A DNA stretch of 47,424 nt from Deltaproteobacteria bacterium (lineage in GTDB: Bacteria; Desulfobacterota; Syntrophorhabdia; Syntrophorhabdales; Syntrophorhabdaceae), in contig DNYO01000002.1 in NCBI GenBank assembly GCA_003506795.1, positions 1 to 47,424 on the forward strand, written 5' to 3'. Positions 46,587-47,424 of the stretch are shown here, piece by piece (positions within the stretch are counted from its first letter, which is position 1; every line of letters starts with the position of its first letter). Under the pieces are notes generated by a model. It did not search any database. It saw only the letters and a program-made list of their open reading frames with translations, and had not been told where the DNA came from. Position numbers and translations under genes: made by a program.

Positions 46587-47387
46587 TGCGGTATTAGGGG
46601 CCCCGGGGGGCATGATGTCGATCTCAGCGACTTTCGTCATCGGGGCATCAACGAGTTCTCGATCCGCAAGGGCCACGTTTACATGACTTCCTTCAGCGAT
46701 CTGAAGGCTTCTCGGGTCGTATACCTTGCGGAAGGCCGGAAAAAGGGCGTGGTCGAGGAGTTCCTCGAGGATCTCCAAGCCCGGGAGGTCGATCCCGCCA
46801 AGATCCAGGTCGTTTGCTGCGATATGTGGGATCCCTACCTGAACGAGATCGGGATGTTCCTAAAGAACGCTCCGGTGGTCTTTGATCGGTTCCACGTCAT
46901 GGGCCAAATCAATCTGGCCTTGGAGACTGTCCGCCGTCGGGAGCAGCGGGAGAACACTGTCTTGAAGAAAAGCCGGTTTCTGTGGCTGAGGAATCCGAAG
47001 AACTTGACTGAGAAACAGAAATCGCGGCTGGCCTCTTTGACATCGCAATATTTGAAGACGACCTGCGCCCATCGGATCAAGCTGGCGCTGGCCCGGTTCT
47101 GGGAGATCCGGGATCCCGCCGAAGCCATCACCTACTTGAAGCGCTGGTACAACTGGGCGACGCACAGCCGGCTCTATCCTATCATCCGGGCAGCCCGGAC
47201 TATCAAACGTTACTGGCATGGGATCATCAACTACTTGAAGACACACGTGACGAACGAGACGGTGGAAGGCCTGAACTCGAAGATTAAAACCGCGATGAAG
47301 CGCGCCTACGAATTCAAGCACGTCGACTATCTCCGGACAATAGTCTATCTTGTCGCCGTTCGGCTAAGCTTCAGCTACCCACAGTAA
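46587..47387 (+). mobile_element. 5'-truncated ISL3-family transposase remnant
   Basis: The C-terminal two-thirds of the ISL3 DDE domain are present: …GINEFSIRKGHVYMTSFSDL…VVCCDMWDPY…VFDRFHV…LWLRNPKNLTEKQ…THVTNETVEGLNSKIKTAMKRAYEFK. The frame is open only back to a TGA at 46584-46586. The N-terminal ~150+ aa (zinc-ribbon/HTH part) are absent. The canonical GIDEF reads GINEF. Confidence 0.8.
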
Positions 47388-47400
47388 ATGGAAGAGAGCC

Positions 47401-47424
47401 TTAATTAGGGTCTGCTGAAAAAGG
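47401..47424. repeat. candidate right terminal inverted repeat of the ISL3-type element (window ends inside it)
   Basis: TTAATTAGGGTCTGCTGAAAAAGG starts 13 nt after the transposase stop and is the perfect reverse complement of 79-102. Confidence 0.6.

Noticed and set aside
46530-46778. 82-aa minus-strand ORF
   Set aside because: It is antisense to the upstream part of the ISL3 transposase remnant. The plus frame there reads the conserved …GINEFSIRKGHVY motif.
1-47424. Search for tRNA, rRNA, tmRNA and CRISPR arrays
   Set aside because: I found no cloverleaf-like or rRNA-like segments, and no short direct repeats with regular spacers, on either strand.

Overview
This 47.4-kb window is a compositionally mosaic cell-surface polysaccharide island from a Gram-negative-type bacterium, with no rRNA, tRNA or CRISPR seen. 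From left to right it contains six parts.

1. A 2256-aa secreted multidomain protein. It has SLT-like, C39-like peptidase, golvesin-like and LGFP regions, five near-identical 99-aa BACON-like repeats, a six-blade Kelch propeller and further Ig-like modules. Its 5' third is very AT-rich and the rest is GC-rich.

2. A 3.1-kb GC-rich insert bounded by a perfect 16-bp inverted repeat of a short repeat family. It carries two convergent, overlapping AAA_14/DUF4143 ATPase genes.

3. An ABC exporter, followed by Wzz-like and Wza-like export genes on the minus strand.

4. A promoter-like site and an ops/JUMPStart-like GGCGGTAGCCTG element. These lead into a tightly coupled nine-gene nonulosonic (legionaminic-acid-type) sugar operon in the order legB-legC-legH-legI-legG-ptmE-ptmF-legF-ptmA.

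5. A Wzx/Wzy-type assembly block. It contains glycosyltransferases, acetyltransferases and epimerases, plus several decayed genes. The decayed genes include a duplicated acetyltransferase+GT4 module in which each copy has lost the opposite gene.

6. A lower-GC module with two GT4 genes, a class IV aminotransferase, an initiating phosphoglycosyltransferase, a PLP-dependent decarboxylase and an HpcH/HpaI-type aldolase.

The window ends in a 5'-truncated ISL3-type transposase. The 24-nt sequence downstream of that transposase is repeated, inverted, at nt 79-102, so the whole locus is bracketed by it. All calls are by-eye motif and synteny recognition and no searches were run.
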